DNA of 64,000 nucleotides. Origin: Gracilinanus agilis (taxonomy: Eukaryota). Position 1 is the stretch's first letter; each line of letters starts with the position of its first letter. The stretch spans positions 87,625,480-87,689,479 of the forward strand of contig NC_058132.1 of NCBI RefSeq assembly GCF_016433145.1, written 5' to 3'. Position numbers and translations under genes: made by a program. A model generated the notes under the pieces. It did not search any database. It was not told the origin of the DNA and saw only the letters and a program-made list of their open reading frames with translations. This document shows, piece after piece, positions 11,774-23,235 of the stretch.

Positions 11774-12934
11774 TGTTACATTTTTGCTTTGGATGTGTTT
11801 CAAAGATGTCTGCATTGCATGCTATAGGGATAGTGCAAATTGTTGCAGTTTTGGAATTTCTGTGATAATTTGTTGCATGTATTATGGTGCTTGTATGTTA
11901 TTCCAAAACCTGTTTTTCCCTTTATATTTTCCTTTGTCCCTCCTTAGATAGGGGTAGATAGTATAGATAAGCAATAGCATAGCAAGACTGTTAAGGGGTC
12001 TGGAATAAGACATTTAAGTTTAGTGTACACAGGGTAATTAATGCTACAATATCTTCAGCCTGCAGAATTTCCAGTGGAAATTCCTACTAGAAGAGGGGGA
12101 ATTTACTGTTGTGTGCAGATGCAAAGCATGGAATCCCTGCAAAAGTACAGGGATAGCCTCACCCAGAATTCCAGGGGACACCCCTGGAGAACTTTGGGTG
12201 AGGGGCAGTTGAGAAGGGTTGGGGACAATTAATTTGTGGGAGTGGATGTGAGCAGACACTCTGCTTGCTACTCCTGACTTGGGGTTTCTCCTGAGGTGGC
12301 CATTGTAGCATAAGCCAGTGGTTTCTACTCATAGAGTTAGCCTGTTTGTTATTACTATTTTTCATTAATATAATTATATAATTACTTAGTGATTAGAGAG
12401 TAAAATATTTATGAATAGCAAGAGAGCCAGTTTCAGTTAAGTGCTTCATCCCCTCTTGTGAAGAGGGGGAAGGGTAGCATCTACTTAGCAGTTCAGGGTT
12501 TCCTCTCATTATCCAAAAACCCTCATTTACCCTTTCTAGTTTTCTTTGTTATTACTTAATATAACCTTTACCTTCAAATCTGTGCCTGATAATTATTTGG
12601 GAAGATACTCACAATTCAGTCTGTACATTTAGTTTGAATCCTGTTGGCTGCCAGTTTAAGATCTCCTCTGTCCTCAACTGTTAGATAACTAATTTCTATA
12701 TACTCATCATACTGACCTGTGAGGAATATAAATTTAAGAAAAGGAACATCAATTGGGGTTTCAGCCATAACTGAAACTTACCAGAAGAATCTTATTCCTG
12801 TCTTCATTACCAACTGAAGCAGAAGCAGTTAGAGGGGGAGGGGCTTGAGAGCCAGGAGTGTTTAGCCCCCTCCTTTCCTCACTGAAGCCTGTCAATCTCT
12901 GGCTCTTGACTTAAAGCTCTATTTGGCCCTGACA
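11774..12934. mobile_element. LTR/ERV-derived non-coding segment downstream of gag; boundaries uncertain
   Basis: TG starts at 11774 and 11989, CA ends at 12748 and 12934, purine tracts AAGAGGGGGA(A/G), GC-richer than flanks. No TSD found. Confidence 0.45.
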
Positions 12935-13059
12935 CATTTATCTGCTTCTCCAAACTATCTGTTATTATCATCATAACTCTTGTCATGACTTGTTCCTCAC
13001 ATTTTGGCTGTAGAGCAGATAAAATATTTTAAAATGAAGAGGTAGCTCACATTTTTGCT

Positions 13060-13400
13060 TAAGTTTTTTTCAATTTTGGGTTATTTTGTACTTAACAAAT
13101 ATTAACATTTCCTCATCCACAAAATTGAAAAGGAAAAAATGGACAACATATAAATGTTTGTTATTTATAATTTGCTTTTAAAAAAGATAATTTTAAGATC
13201 TTAATCTCAAAATAGTCAGGCTTGTCTGTGTCTCTTCATATCTTTTCTTCTATGCATTTTTAAAATGCTTCAATTTTCTCTCCTAATTTTAACATCCCCA
13301 TTGGTTGTCCTCCAGCCTCCCTCCCTTTAAATACCTTAAAATTAACAAACAAACAAACAAACAAACAAAAAATCTCTTCCTTGTAATAGATAAGTAGGAA
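13060..13400 (-). mobile_element. Degenerate L1 3'UTR remnant
   Basis: T-rich text resembling the old marsupial L1 3' end. Confidence 0.4.
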
Positions 13401-14839
13401 ATGATATGGATAGAACAATATACCTAGAGTCAGGAAGATGTGAGTTCAAATAAAGCTACAGAATCTTAATAGTTGCATGATCCTACATAAATCTCCAAAC
13501 TTCTATCTGCCTCAATTTTCACATCTGTATAAAGGGGATAATAAGAGTATCACATACTCTCATGGTCTTTATGAAGATAAAATCATATAATATTTGTAAT
13601 GCACTTTGAAAACTTTAAGGCACCATATATACGCTAGCTATTATTATTACCAAGTAAGAATAATCAAGGCAAGTCATTTAGAATTTATTGAGCTCTTACT
13701 TTAACAAAACAAGTCCACACATTAGCCACATTCAAAACTGTTTATCTGTCTCTCCAATCTTCCATCTGTTTTTAAGATGGAGATGAAACCTCTCTGAGGC
13801 TTGGATTAGGACACAAGAACCAAAGAAACAGATACTATGATGATGGTACATAGTGGAGAATGGCAGAGGTTGGAAAGGTGAAGTGTGGAAATGGTGGTTA
13901 CCATGGAGAAGTATGACTCCTTCCATGTCAGCATCTAACTCAGAGCAAAAATTTACCATTTATAAGACATCACATACTTGATAGAAGCTATAATATGCTT
14001 ATTAAAACTGGCCTTTTATGACAAGTATCTCAAATTTCCTCAACTGATTTCCATATGGAATAATTTCTAGTTCCCTCCTAACTGTTTTCTTTATATGTTT
14101 TCTTAGGGTCTCAAAATATGTTATTCAGACCTAAACATAATATACCAGGCATGGACTTCTTAAAGTGGAGATGTTGGTATTATCACATATCTCCTTTGAA
14201 AGATCATGCTTATATTAATGTTGCATTATTTCTTTACCTGCTGTCTCTAACCAGTGGTTTGTAGGTTCTTTAAATTAGGATTATCTGGCCACATTTTTTC
14301 TGGAGTACCACTTTTGTCTCTAATTTATTGTAGTTAAATATTTTATTTATATTATATTTATCCTTATTGAATTCTCTACTATTATACTCAACCCATCATT
14401 CTATTTGTTAGTGTGGATTGAGATACCAGTTTTGCTACCTAGTATGATAGCTTTCTATCCTAAAAAAATGATTAATTAGGAAGAACATCTAACAAGGATA
14501 TGGATTGCCATGTAAGGAAGTAAAAATTCTCACCAGATAATTACTGACTATATTATCCTGGGACATAGCCTCTGTTTGCCTCAGTTTCCTTGTTTATAAA
14601 ATTGAGATAATAATAACACTTGCCTCTCAGGGTTGTTATGAGGATAAACTGAAATAATATTTATAAAACTCTTTAAAAAACCTTAAAGTACTATGTAAAT
14701 TTTATCTGTTTCTATTAAATGACATAGAATTAACTGAATACTAGAACTTGAGTGCAAAGTTCCCCTCCTGTGCCCTGTGCTATTGTTCTCTAATCCATGT
14801 TTCCAAAGTATTTATGCAACTAAGGAGACCTAGAGTATA

Positions 14840-15024
14840 TAGAAATGCCTCCTAATGAGCCACAATAGAGAGAAGGGTCTGACTGAATTTCTGAGTCATG
14901 CATGGAAGTAACTGTCAAGACTCCACTCCCATTGGGACTGCTAAGCCTAACATAAATGCAAGTGACACCAGACTCCTTTGCACACCAGGACAAAATTCAA
15001 GCTGGATTAATTGTTAAGGTGAGT
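14840..15024 (+). promoter_or_regulatory. Candidate promoter and first exon for OR-A
   Basis: TAATGA (14853), palindromic O/E-like TCCCATTGGGA (14927-14937), TAATTG (15008), and donor AAG|GTGAGT at 15018/15019. Confidence 0.45.
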
Positions 15025-16349
15025 GATGCATCTTTCTGTAGTTAGAAGAGATTGACCGGAGTTCTTATGGGCATGGTCAAATTACTAATAGGCATAGAGA
15101 AAGTGGTAGAGAGTAGATGGGAAAATGGTAGTGATAAGGATAAGAAGACAATAACAGGAAGGAAGAAAGCCTGAAAAGTACTAGAAAACAGTACTTAGAA
15201 AGGGAAGGTAGTGATGGAGCCAGGGAAAGAAATAGGGATTGTAAAAAATAATGAAGATGAGTCCCAGAGAAGTGAAATCATTCCATTAATAAATGGTAGA
15301 TGCAAGATTTAAACTTTTGGTTCCTAAATTCAAGTCCTGTGTTCTTGTAATTACACTACACTGCTTTAAATTATGACCTCTTGTGTCAGAGGGATCACTT
15401 AGCTGGTAAATCAGCCAAAACCCTATAAATATATTAATTAAATTATCATAATTAGGATAGCTTTGTGAGATCTTCAGTATGGACACTCATATAGATCACA
15501 TTTCACAAATGTCTTTTAGTGCTGGCCCATTATTATCCATGCCTTCCTTTATTTCCTCCATACTGGATGTAGACGATATGATGGATTCCCTCCTCTTAGT
15601 CTTTTTAAAATAGTTTATGGCAAACCTGAGTTTTTCAGTGAGTGATGACTCACATCATCCATTTCTTACCTTTTGATTTCAACATGTGTAAAGTGTTTGG
15701 AAACTTTAAATGTTAACTATTGTTAATACACCTGATGTTTCCCCATCATATATGCTTCTTGCTTTTCCAATGCCTTAGAGTCCTCTAATTTCATCACTAT
15801 TGGTGTCACCTCCCCTGATTTCAACTGCAGCTTATCCTTGAGAATTGCTGTGGCTAAACATTTCACATCCCTGTAAACAATCTGGATATCTATATAATAG
15901 TTTACACAAATAACCATTGTTACTATGTTACATTATAATCACATTATATTTATTTTTTATCATGCTTTATATTATAATCAGTAAAGATGCAATAGTGACT
16001 TTTCTGAGGGAACACTTGATTGATTGGACCAGTGATTAGAAAAGATGATAAAGTCCATGGAAGACAGAGCAGGGACAGAGTGGGGACAGAATAGTACAGC
16101 CTAGATCTATGCCCACTGTCTTAAGATTTTTCTAGTGTGTGTTAAGGTGCTGCCCCATTTAATAATTAGTAAACCAGGAAAGCTATTTGTATTGAGTCAA
16201 ATATAAGCATCATTACCCACCTTTGATCTGATTTCCTATTTGACTCAACTCCTATGGAGTCAGAACAGGTCAGTAGGAAAGGGATTAGGATGGGGCCCCA
16301 GAATCGTGACAGTGGATGAATATAAAGCTGGACTTTAAAGTTTTATTGC

Positions 16350-16575
16350 CATTATTTTGTTCAGTTGTTTAGTCATGTCCTACTTTTATGATACCGTTTG
16401 AGGTTTTCTTGGCAAAAATACTGAATTAGTTTTCCATTTCCATCTGTAACTCGTTTTACAGATGAGTGACTTGCTCAGGGTCACATAGCTAGTAAACATC
16501 TGAAGGCAGATATGAACTCAGGAGGGTGAGTCTGCCTGACTTAAGGCTCAGTACTCATTCACTATATGACCTGTC
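16350..16575 (-). mobile_element. MAR1 SINE
   Basis: gttttcttggcaaaaatactg...cagggtcacatagctagtaa. Confidence 0.75.
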
Positions 16576-17184
16576 TTCCATTATTTACATTTTATCCATA
16601 ACTTTCTTAGGTTTACACAGTTAACAAAGTAGCATTTGCCAATTTCCAAAGCATAACGGCTCTCACTAAAAATTTTAACAACTGACTCTCACCTGCAGGT
16701 TTTAGCTGATTCTAGCACACAAGAGACTATTCTTGCTTGTTCTATGGACCTCCACTCATACTAGTTATTGACTTGGGGATTTGCTCTACACCTTTGGCTT
16801 TGGCAATGTAGTCCTTCTTATACAGAAATTTCTTGCCGGTGATACTATCAAAGAGCAACATAAAGTGAGATACTTAATTGACTAGTGTTTCTTAGATGGG
16901 TAAAGAGCTATGTAACTAAAGAGAAACTATGAATATAATCCTCTGACTTTCACAAATTTTCTGAAATATCCTTGGCCAACTATTGGATTCCCTTAGAATA
17001 TTATTTTAGTCTACATTAACTTACACTTGCTGACTGTAATAAGGCATTGGAGAAACACCCCAGGATGTCATCAAATCCCTTATTTTCAACCATGTTATTC
17101 AATAAGCAGCATAAACTTAACCGAGTCACTTTGGAATTTATTGGATGATTTCAAAGAAAATTAAAAATAGGAAAATATATTATT

Positions 17185-17440
17185 TTTTGTATTAGTAATT
17201 TTCAGTTCTGTCCAATTTTTTCTGACCATATTTTTTTCATTTTTTTTTTGCAAAGATACTGGAGTGATTTCCTATTTCTTTCTCCAGTTCATTTTCTAGA
17301 TGAGAAAACAGATGCAAAAAAGGATGAAATGACTTGCCCCGGGTCACATAACTAGTAACTATATATGGTCACATTTGAACTCAGGAAGATGAGTCTTCCT
17401 GGTTCTAAGTCTGGCATTCTATCCACTATGCCACCTTGCT
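17185..17440 (-). mobile_element. MAR1 SINE
   Basis: gcaaagatactggagtg...gggtcacataactagtaa...atccactatgccacc. Confidence 0.75.
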
Positions 17441-18454
17441 GTCTGTTTTTTTTTTAAATAGAAATTAGCAAAGTGAAATTACTTAGGGACCTTTGATTGG
17501 AATCCTTAAAAAAACAAGTTAAGGCCTATTTCCAAATTGTTGATAGTTGCAAAATTAAAAATTATTAAAGGAAAAAAACAAGATAAGGGAATGTTCTGTC
17601 AAATCCTTCATCTATAATAAAAAGCTAAATTCTTCTGTCATATAGTCAATGTATGTGCACTCCAATGGAGTGATACGACCCTGATTTGACAATTTCCAGG
17701 ATTTTAATTCAGCAACTATTTATTAAATGTTTTTGTAATGAATTTATTTTTATTAGATTATTGAGTAGGTAGAAGTGGATAAAGCATGAAAAAGGATAAG
17801 ATCATGCATTTGGGGATAAATAATTCACACTACATATTCACAATGAAGGCTTGAACTATTTGCCTCAACCAAATGGGTTCTTTTAAGTTTTTGCCCTAGT
17901 ATACTGATTTAAGGTTTTAAGGTAAAACCCTCCAAAGTAATACTGGGCATCATCAGGAAAGAGATATTCAACCAATAAGCATTTATTAAGAGTGTCCTAT
18001 GTGCTGGCCACTATGCTAAAAATTGGTGTGTGCGCTCCTTTATTCTCTGATGACCAACTTCAGTTACTTTGCAAGTTTCTCCCAGGCAAGAAGTTCAAAC
18101 ATTTCCCCCACCATTCCTATCTATGCCTCATACAAATCTAAAACAAAAACAAAACATAATAAAAAAAAACTGTTGTACGAAATGGCTGCTGAGGTCCCAT
18201 ATAACTCTGAATTTCTACAATTCTTTTACTTGGGATTTAATTCCTATTTTTATACTTCTCATCTCTGTGACCTCAGACTTAGCTTCTCTGGGCTTTATAT
18301 TCTTTAGCAATAAAATGAGGGGTTTGGACCTTGCAAGAAGGTCACATACTATGGTAGAAAGAGATCTTGATTTGGTATTTAAGAGCTTTGGGTTTGAATC
18401 TCCATTCATCCAATTACTTCCTGTTTGACTTTGGTCCTTAATTTCTTCATCTGT

Positions 18455-18686
18455 TCTGTGAAGTGATTATTTAGGGGGCTTGGATCATGTGCATCATAGT
18501 GGCAAGAAGTAGGAGTCACAAAGTCATGTGGAGTGTCAGAAAGCTGGACTCCTGGGTTCCCCATCGGAGTGGAGTGTCAATGTGGCAGAGGTAGCACAAC
18601 ATGGCCATGAAGGGGCGAGCATGTTCATTTTTAAATGATTGCAGGAAACCAAGTGGATCTCTTGACTTTCATTCGGGTCTCTGCAA

Positions 18687-18724
<38 letters not shown>

Positions 18725-18834
18725 TCTGATTTGAATTGGGCATCTCTGGCAAGTGGAGGCCTTAATTATTCCCTTTACTAATAACTACTTATAAATCTGG
18801 TAATAAGCCTCCAGATCAATTATTATTTGTAACA
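18455..18834 (+). mobile_element. Solo LTR inserted in a MIR
   Basis: 4-bp TSD ctgt (18451/18835), ends ...gtaaCA, internal (TC)n. Same family end as 7255-7686. Confidence 0.7.
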
Positions 18835-18969
18835 CTGTAAAATTAAAGGATTATTTCTAATATAACATATGATATAATCTCTAAGAAATCCCTTGTAAAG
18901 TATTTCCAAAAATTTTCCAAAAAAATAAAAAAAAATTTACTCCCCAAAATACCAACTGCCATCCTATGA

Positions 18970-19450
18970 TCTGCCATATTGTGAAGTGCCTTGAATGAAA
19001 AACAAATCAGTTTTCATTTCATCTTAGGAGTAATAGGGAATTGGTGGACTATTTTGATCAAGGAAGTGTCAGTCATATCTGTGCTTTAGAAAAATCACTA
19101 AGTTGTATTGAGGATAAATGGAGAAGGGAACGACTTGAGAGAGGTTGATCCATTAGGAGTTAATTGGAGTAGTCCATGTGAAAGGAGATAAAGGACTGAA
19201 CTAAGATATTGGTTATGTGAGAGGATTAGAAGAAAGAAGACAGACGGTAGGAATGTTGTTGGGGTAGAATCAACAAGACTTAGCAATTGGTTCAATACTG
19301 GGGAGAGGGATAAGGTTAAAGAATCAATCTTGTTGCAAGTCAGTGTTACCAACATGATGGTACCCTAGAAAGGAACAGACAAGTAAGGGAGAAGGGACAT
19401 GTTTATGGGGAAAAATAATAAATTCTATTTTGGTTATGTTATGTTTCAAA
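18970..19450 (+). mobile_element. L2 remnant (paralog at 50085-50550)
   Basis: tgctttagaaaaatcact...tagtccatgtgaaagg...gaatcaacaagacttagcaattg. Confidence 0.65.
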
Positions 19451-19779
19451 TGAATTGGAAAGCCAACAAAAACACAAGCACAGAGTAGATGATCATTTTT
19501 TTTGTAATATTTTATAAGAGATTCCTATTCACCTATAGAATGGCAATTTGTCATAATTTTTTCCCAATGTCTACCAGAAACATTTGCTAACCAATTTAGC
19601 TCCACTTTTGTCTTTTAACAAAACTAAGTTTCTTTTTCTGTTTTTTAAAGGTTAGATCCTTTTGCTTTTTTTGTAGTGGTCACAATCTCTTAACTATGAC
19701 TACTAACTTTCAGAATTTGCTTGCCTTATATCTATTCATCCTAACACATAGTGAGAAGATTCAATATCTCTCCATTACA

Positions 19780-19893
19780 TAGCTCAAGTCCTTTATTTGA
19801 TTAACCCTGATCTTTAGTTTCCTGGCTTAGGAACACCTCCAGGCCTCTGGTCATTGCAGAGCAGAAATGTCAGAGCATAAAGTGTGTGTAAGT
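19780..19893 (+). promoter_or_regulatory. Candidate 5' UTR exon or alternative promoter upstream of OR-A
   Basis: Unique sequence conserved in the duplicate (50880-50985), ending in tgt|GTAAGT at 19888 (gtaagc in the copy). Confidence 0.3.
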
Positions 19894-20063
19894 TCCTTCA
19901 GTCTCAATGACCAACTCCATTTATTTTTGAAGTTTCTACCAGGTGATACATTCAAACATTTTCCACTCTCCTCCTGTCTATCTCTCATACAAACCTAGAC
20001 ACAGAGACATAAAAGAAGGTTTCCTCATGTTTGTTTCTTTTTTAAAAAACAGCTTTATAGTAT

Positions 20064-20314
20064 TGTAATAAATGAAAGTATAATTATTAAGTGTAATATT
20101 AATAAAATATTGTGGTTTTCATTATAAAATATACTCTCAAGTTAGGAGTTTGTTAGTAGCTCTCAACAATGTAATTTTAATAAAAAATGGACATATATGA
20201 AAAAATGAAAATGTAGGAAGGGGACAGAAAATCTCACCTATCTAGAAAAATACCCTAAGCAGAAATCTGAAGCCCACCAAGCCATTTAGCCTGCAGAGCC
20301 CTTGAGTGCAAACT

Positions 20315-20391
<77 letters not shown>

Positions 20392-20943
20392 TCTGTCCCA
20401 CACTTTTTGTCCCCTGTGCCCTGAACCTCCCGCAATATATGCACACGAAAACGGGATGTGGGGTAGGACAAACTTAGGGAGGGGTTTCTATCATTACAAT
20501 CCCCACTGTGATTCTATTGGGAGATGAGCATGTTGAAATCTCCCAGATCTACATGCCTAGTCTCCCCAATGAATCATTTAAAATAACCAGCTTATGTCTC
20601 TTGCAAAAGGTGAATAAAATATTACACTATCTAATGGGAAATTACAATAACTGGAGAAATGAGAGAAATAAAAGAAAAGGCGCATTGACAAAAAGTCAAT
20701 TAGGGGACAGTCCCCTTTGGCATAAAAGTTTAAAATCAAAATAAACATGTTCATCCTCCTTCAGTTTAATTTACTACATACCAAAGTTCACATGCAGTAT
20801 ATGGTTTCTGCAAGCTTCCCCATGGTGCCTTCTGCAAACAGTTCACTTTCTTGATTCCGGGAGTTAGTGAGCTTCTTTTGCTGAAATTACTCTCAAACAA
20901 GAAAAAAAATTAAATCCTGAATTTATGAAAATTATACAGTATA
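20064..20943 (-). mobile_element. LTR (20064-20498) plus 445 nt of probable ERV internal sequence
   Basis: Absent from the duplicate (51145 reads tttatagtatcacttt). Flanked by agtat/agtat. 20064-20498 aligns to the 61381 solo LTR. A PPT-like cacagtggggat precedes TGTAATG on the - strand. Confidence 0.75.
20315..20389. repeat. (GA)n microsatellite within an LTR
   Basis: Direct reading. The 61381 copy has only gagagagag at this site. Confidence 0.95.
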
Positions 20944-21080
20944 AGTATCACTTTATAGAAAAAAGAGAAATCATTGGTAGGATTTTGTTGTTTTTTGGTT
21001 GGTTTTCATGAGCAAGAATATGTTTTTCTCCCAAATCATGCTTTCATGGGTGCTTTATAAAAATGCTTCTAAACCTGGGA

Positions 21081-21097
21081 TATCTCATCTTTTTTAG
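21081..21097 (+). promoter_or_regulatory. Splice acceptor of the OR-A coding exon
   Basis: tatctcatcttttttAG|gcatc, 59 nt before the ATG. Conserved in the duplicate as ctcatttttttAG|gtgac at 51290. Confidence 0.65.
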
Positions 21098-21156
21098 GCA
21101 TCAAAGTCCAGGAGTAAGGAGGGTAAGCAGAACATATCTGTTACTTGTTTGTTGTC

Positions 21157-22107
21157 ATGGATAGCACCAACTACACATTCCACCCAACTGTCATCATTTT
21201 GAAGGCTATCCCAGGCCTGGAGCAAGTTCAGTTTTGGATCTCCATCCCCTTCTCTTCCATGTATGTGGTGGCACTTGGAGGTAACTCCTTGTTGATCATT
21301 CTTATCTGGAAGGAGCACAGTCTTCATGAGCCCATGTATATCTTCCTGGCCATGTTGGCTATGACAGACTTCTTGCTCTGCAACACCATCATGCCCAAGA
21401 TGCTAGCTCTCCTCTGGTTCCAAGCTGGATCCATTTCTTTCCAGGCCTGTATCACCCAGATGTTTTTTGTCATTTTCATCTTTGTCATGGAGTCAACAGT
21501 CCTCCTGGCCATGGCATTTGACCGCTATGTGGCTATCTGCTTCCCATTGAGATATACCATGATCCTGACCCCTTCTGTGATCTGGAAAATAGCAGGATTT
21601 TCTCTGGCCAGGGGCTTGGTCATCACTTCCCCTTTTGTTTTCCTTGTTGAGCGGCTGCCATTTTGTGGAAACAACATCATCGTTGATACTTATTGTGAAC
21701 TGACTAAGATTTCCAGACTAGCCTGTGCAGATATAACTGCCAATAACATTTACACACTAGTGATGTCTTTCTTGTCCACAGGCTTAGATGTCTTTCTCAT
21801 TTCCATCTCCTATGTGTTTATTCTTCGAGCTGTTTTCAGGCTGCCATCCCGTGATGCCCAGTTAAAGGCTTTGGGCACTTGTAGCTCACACGTGTGTGTC
21901 ATACTCATGTTTTATCTGCCAGCTTATCTGACAGTGCTAACTAGCCATCTTGGTTGTGGAGTCCTGCTAGCCAATCTTTATGTGGTTGTACCCCCTGCAT
22001 TGAATCCCATTATATATGGTGTCAGGACCAAGCAGATTCGAGATGTTGTCATATCAAGGCTCTCCCACTTGAGGGGGGAAGGAGTTCAGGAAAACCAAGC
22101 AAATTAA
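21157..22107 (+). CDS. Intact class I olfactory receptor, OR52 family (OR-A), 316 aa
   Basis: ATG at 21157 (MDSTNYT, sequon NYT). Motifs LHEPMY, MAFDRYVAIC, three ECL2 cysteines, KALGTCSSH and PPALNPIIYGVRTKQIR are present. LACADIT and AVFRLPSRDA resemble OR52B2 as recalled. Confidence 0.96.
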   Translation: MDSTNYTFHPTVIILKAIPGLEQVQFWISIPFSSMYVVALGGNSLLIILIWKEHSLHEPMYIFLAMLAMTDFLLCNTIMPKMLALLWFQAGSISFQACITQMFFVIFIFVMESTVLLAMAFDRYVAICFPLRYTMILTPSVIWKIAGFSLARGLVITSPFVFLVERLPFCGNNIIVDTYCELTKISRLACADITANNIYTLVMSFLSTGLDVFLISISYVFILRAVFRLPSRDAQLKALGTCSSHVCVILMFYLPAYLTVLTSHLGCGVLLANLYVVVPPALNPIIYGVRTKQIRDVVISRLSHLRGEGVQENQAN

Positions 22108-22954
22108 GATATTCTGTGTGTATTGCTCTGGACTAGAGATGTTCAAAATGTGTTTTAATTTTTTGTGATTATGGCACCAAAGGTGATTCCTTTCACGTGT
22201 TTAATTAATCTTATAGCCTATACCTAAAAACAATTAATGATACGGATCATAGAGAAGTTTTGATAGATGATAGAATTCTCAGCAAAAATGAGACTTACGC
22301 TGAGCATCTAACTCAGAAACCTCTAAGAGCTTCCTTTTACCTAACAAAAATCTGTAGCAATCAAGGATCTCTATGATTTGGACTCCAAATTTCTCTTCAA
22401 TCTGGCATCTCATTCTTTCTATAGTAATTTGAACAAATATAGTGAAACTGGAGGGCTCTCTAGTTTGTTTTTCCATGAATATATGCCACAATCTACTTTT
22501 ATTATTTGTTTCCACTTTTCTTATCCTTATGTTTAGTATTTGAAGCATTTGCATGTTAACCAATATGGACCACTGATACACAGAATTTTTCCAGTTCAAT
22601 TTGGCTTGGAGAAGTTACTGCTAGGTATTTTATGTGGTCAAGCAATCAAGCGGACTTTTAATATTGAGCTATGCCAACTCACAGCAAACAGAGCCTTATT
22701 AGACTTTCAACATTTATAATTTCTCCAAATTCACAATTTATCCTGAGGTGTGACATTCATTTTCCAAAAGTCATAATTCCAAATAGCTCAACCTATGTGC
22801 CAGGCACTGTGCTACTGTATACCAAAGATACAAGAAAAAACAAAATGGGTCCTTCAATTAGATGCCTATATTTTATCTAGAGAAATAATGTACATTTATA
22901 AATATGCAAAAACATAAACATCAAATAAAAGGTAATTTCAAATAAAATTGGCAC

Positions 22955-23235
22955 TCACAGTTGGAGGAAATAAGGAAAGGAGAAGTAATAATTGAACTGA
23001 ATTTAGAAGGGAAGATGGGAGAGGGGGAAGAGAGAGAGGAAGGGAGAGACAGAGAGACATAGGCAAACTCAGAGGTAGAAAGAGATACAGAGACAGAGTC
23101 ATAGAAAAATCAGGTATAGAGACAGAGAGAAAGGGAAGGAGGATAGATAAGAGAATGAGAGAGATTAAGAGTGAGAAAAACAGAGACAGAGAACAACATA
23201 GTGAGAAACAGAGACAGTAAGAGAGAAATCTGAGA
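22955..23235. repeat. GA-rich low-complexity purine tract
   Basis: agagag/acagag repeats. Confidence 0.8.
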
